Source: a virus. Taken from it: a stretch of DNA of 40,876 nucleotides. The position numbers were made by a program, and so were the translations under genes. Positions 38,803 through 40,876 of this stretch are shown one piece after another. The notes beneath the pieces are model-generated. The model was not told the origin of the DNA. It did not search any database and was given only the letters and a program-made list of their open reading frames with translations. The first letter of the stretch is position 1. Each line of letters starts with the position of its first letter. The stretch is taken from the UHGV virus genome UHGV-0428632. The stretch is one strand, 5' to 3'.

Positions 38803-39240
38803 TCATGCCGCATCTCCGAATCTGGCCTTCCACTCAAGCGCTAATCTGGCTTCATCAGACCACTTAACGTTCTTCTCGGCTCCGAATGCCTGAATAAGCT
38901 CCAGAAGCTCTCCGAACTCACTGACGCGCATCTTGCTGGTTGACTGGCCTATCACCACGAATCCGTTTCCTGCGAGGTTAGGCACAACGTCCTGCTGCTT
39001 TAACGCCGCGGTGAAGATGCACTTCCAGCTTTCAGCGTCCAGCCATCGACCATGCCAGTTAACCTGCAAAGAGATATCGCGCAAAGTGGCCCACAAACGT
39101 TTGTTCTGGACTGCTGAGCGAGTTCTTTCTGAGATGGTCACAATAATTGGCTTGTCGTAGGAGGGTAAAACTTGCTGTATGGCTTGAATGGCGTTCTGCT
39201 GATGAATGGGGCTTCTTAGTTCAAACGTTAGTTTCCTCAT
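38803..39240 (-). CDS. ninB: NinB (Orf) recombination mediator
   Basis: 145 aa, colinear with lambda Orf (MKKLTFEIRSPAHQQNAI…WHGRWLDAESWKCVFTAALKQQDVVPNLAGNGFVVIGQSTS.MRV.EF.ELLELIQAFG…KWSDEARLALEWKAR.GD). Confidence 0.9.
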   Translation of the reverse strand: MRKLTFELRSPIHQQNAIQAIQQVLPSYDKPIIVTISERTRSAVQNKRLWATLRDISLQVNWHGRWLDAESWKCIFTAALKQQDVVPNLAGNGFVVIGQSTSKMRVSEFGELLELIQAFGAEKNVKWSDEARLALEWKARFGDAA

Positions 39241-39475
39241 GGACTTCTCTCATGCTCAGAAGGACGTAGCCAGGTAGATATGAACCGACATCAGCAACGT
39301 GAATAACCTCACGCTCGCATGCGTCGCCCGTGTATTCACCATTCCATTCATACAGCACCAGAACGTCACCGACCTGATAACTGCGATCGTTCTTGCGAAG
39401 CTCTGCCAGCTTCACGCCGTCGAGCACAGGAATGAAATGCTCGGGAAGAATTTTAAGTTCGTGCCTCATACTCAC
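39221..39475 (-). CDS. Hypothetical protein (ASCH/DUF3850-like small barrel?)
   Basis: 84 aa. Confidence 0.45.
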   Translation of the reverse strand: MSMRHELKILPEHFIPVLDGVKLAELRKNDRSYQVGDVLVLYEWNGEYTGDACEREVIHVADVGSYLPGYVLLSMREVHEETNV

Positions 39476-39750
39476 TCCTTCACTTTGATTCCAGCGGCGC
39501 GGATGGCCTTGGCTACAGCGTCAATCCCTCCGTTAAATACAGATTGATGAGGTGCGTGCTCTGCCTTTTTCATCGGCAACTCAATCTCGATAGCTTCGCG
39601 AGATGCCTGCCATGCTTCATACATGAAGGCGGTTAAGATGCGAAGATATTCACCACTTCTCATTACGATATCGTCATGCTCTGCTTCAGGCCTGCTAAGC
39701 AACCATTCATGAAACTGCTCTCTTGATTCGTCCATATTCCTATCCATCAC
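39472..39750 (-). CDS. Hypothetical protein
   Basis: 92 aa. ATGA coupling. Confidence 0.45.
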   Translation of the reverse strand: MMDRNMDESREQFHEWLLSRPEAEHDDIVMRSGEYLRILTAFMYEAWQASREAIEIELPMKKAEHAPHQSVFNGGIDAVAKAIRAAGIKVKE

Positions 39751-40025
39751 TCGTCATCTATGAGTTTTTCGCCGCACTCGCAGCAGAATTTATCCCAGGT
39801 AGCAGCCTTACGGTGCTGACATTTGCCTTCCGGCCACATACAGATAGAGCAGTAGCGACCATCACCTGCGTATAGCGTGCCACCGTCATGCTTGCAGTAG
39901 GACTGGAATCTATCTTGGAGCGATTTGAAATCGTGATATTTAACGTATGAATCAGAGATGTCATCGCCTTTGGTATTAAGCCAGGCATTATTGCAATTCA
40001 CTGAGTATGTTTTTACTTCCATCAT
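39747..40025 (-). CDS. Hypothetical Cys-rich (zinc-binding?) protein
   Basis: 92 aa. C-x-C…C-x2-C…C-x2-C pattern. Confidence 0.45.
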   Translation of the reverse strand: MMEVKTYSVNCNNAWLNTKGDDISDSYVKYHDFKSLQDRFQSYCKHDGGTLYAGDGRYCSICMWPEGKCQHRKAATWDKFCCECGEKLIDDE

Positions 40026-40034
40026 TCCTCTCCA

Positions 40035-40244
40035 TCACCAAATAGTTCTGCTTGTTTTGAGTAAGTGCCACACCGCTTTGCCGCGCGGGAATATCTTGTC
40101 GATATTCTTCTGCATGTTCTTTGCCATTACTTTGCGATAGTCATTGCGATAGGATTTGTTGCGGATGACCTTTGCCATCTTGTAGTGACGCCTGAACCGC
40201 TCTTTTGTCCATTCGTCGTAAAGAATGCCAATCGTTGTCATCAT
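40035..40244 (-). CDS. Hypothetical small basic protein (NinE-like?)
   Basis: 69 aa, basic. Confidence 0.4.
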   Translation of the reverse strand: MMTTIGILYDEWTKERFRRHYKMAKVIRNKSYRNDYRKVMAKNMQKNIDKIFPRGKAVWHLLKTSRTIW

Positions 40245-40269
40245 TCCTCTCCATCAGCGTGCTGGGGTG

Positions 40270-40876
40270 TTATACCGCCAGTTGTAATTGCATATCGAAC
40301 CGGTCTTTCTTCTCGCAATAAGCAAGTGAACCGGGTGAATTGTGCGACTCAATGCGTTCTACCATAAGAGTTGCTCTTGTCTCCTTCGATGCCGGCGCAT
40401 ATGCTCCTGACCAGGCCTTATCAATCCCTATGTTCCTCGCAACATTTGTGCTGTCAGCGCTAGCGAGCGGTAGCTTTGTGAATATCAGCGGGTTGAGCAT
40501 CCTGAGTCCATGCAACTTGGTAATTGGCTGCCCGTACTCATCTACAACGTGACGTATAAGGTCTTTCATCCTCGCCACTGCAAGGTTTGGACGCTTAACG
40601 TCATAGTCACCACAAGAACCTATTGCAACGCGGGGATACTCATTGCATAGCCTTATGAACCGCTCGTCGCTCTCATTCATGTGCCAGACTGGAACGCCAA
40701 AAAACTCTCCGTGTGGCCACTCATCAAGGAGCGCTTCGTTTTCCTCCTCTCCTCCGTCAATGACGTCTGGAATTATTGCGAAATCGAAACCTGGATGATT
40801 TTTCCACCTTGCTACAAATTCGTAGTAATCACTCCAGTCGATTTTGTTTCTTCCAGCTGCCTTCCATGCAGTGAAA
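40270..40876 (-). CDS. Hypothetical nin-region protein, 5' end beyond the window. The frame continues through the junction into 1..149 if the sequence is circular, giving a protein of about 251 aa starting MIHYHGGPITPDT…
   Basis: Open frame from 40876 down to 40270 with no start inside the window. The same frame read across 40876->1 stays open to a Met at 147-149, which is preceded by a stop at 156-158. Confidence 0.55.
   Translation of the reverse strand, partial: FTAWKAAGRNKIDWSDYYEFVARWKNHPGFDFAIIPDVIDGGEEENEALLDEWPHGEFFGVPVWHMNESDERFIRLCNEYPRVAIGSCGDYDVKRPNLAVARMKDLIRHVVDEYGQPITKLHGLRMLNPLIFTKLPLASADSTNVARNIGIDKAWSGAYAPASKETRATLMVERIESHNSPGSLAYCEKKDRFDMQLQLAV

Overview
The window reads as one complete, or nearly complete, P22-like (Lederbergvirus-type) temperate podophage genome with a lambda-like early region. 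It appears to be written as a circular permutation: a nin-region gene on the minus strand runs off the 3' end, and its reading frame continues without a stop into bases 1-149.

Layout:
- Minus strand, 4197 down to 1 and wrapping to 40876 down to 36079: PR -> cro -> nutR -> cII -> small ORF -> O (with internal iteron ori) -> DnaB-type helicase -> accessory genes at the 'ren' position -> nin cluster (NinE-like, NinB/Orf, NinF, YbcO-like, RusA, NinH, HNH) -> Q-like antiterminator.
- Minus strand, 35980 down to 16976: tR'-like terminator, DUF551 gene, lysis cassette (class II holin, T4-type lysozyme, extra 2-TM protein, overlapping spanins), P22 orf80/orf201 homologues, terS, terL, portal, scaffold, coat, a small EP-repeat protein, gp4, gp10, gp26 needle, gp14, gp7, gp20, gp16 and a mosaic tailspike.
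- Plus strand, 4302..16949: cI (leaderless start, S24 autocleavage domain) flanked by triple OR and OL operators; PL, nutL, an acidic 76-aa ORF, a duplicated terminator/hairpin module, an N-like antiterminator, tL, cIII-like, a RecE-family PD-(D/E)XK exonuclease plus a 189-aa partner, a string of translationally coupled ea-type small genes, AlpA-type Xis, direct repeats, a P4-type tyrosine integrase, then the gtrABC O-antigen glucosylation cassette (AT-rich).
- Between int and gtrA, on the minus strand, lies a pre-truncated UmuD'/HumD-like gene behind a perfect LexA box.

No tRNA, rRNA or CRISPR array was recognised. The attP core could not be identified.
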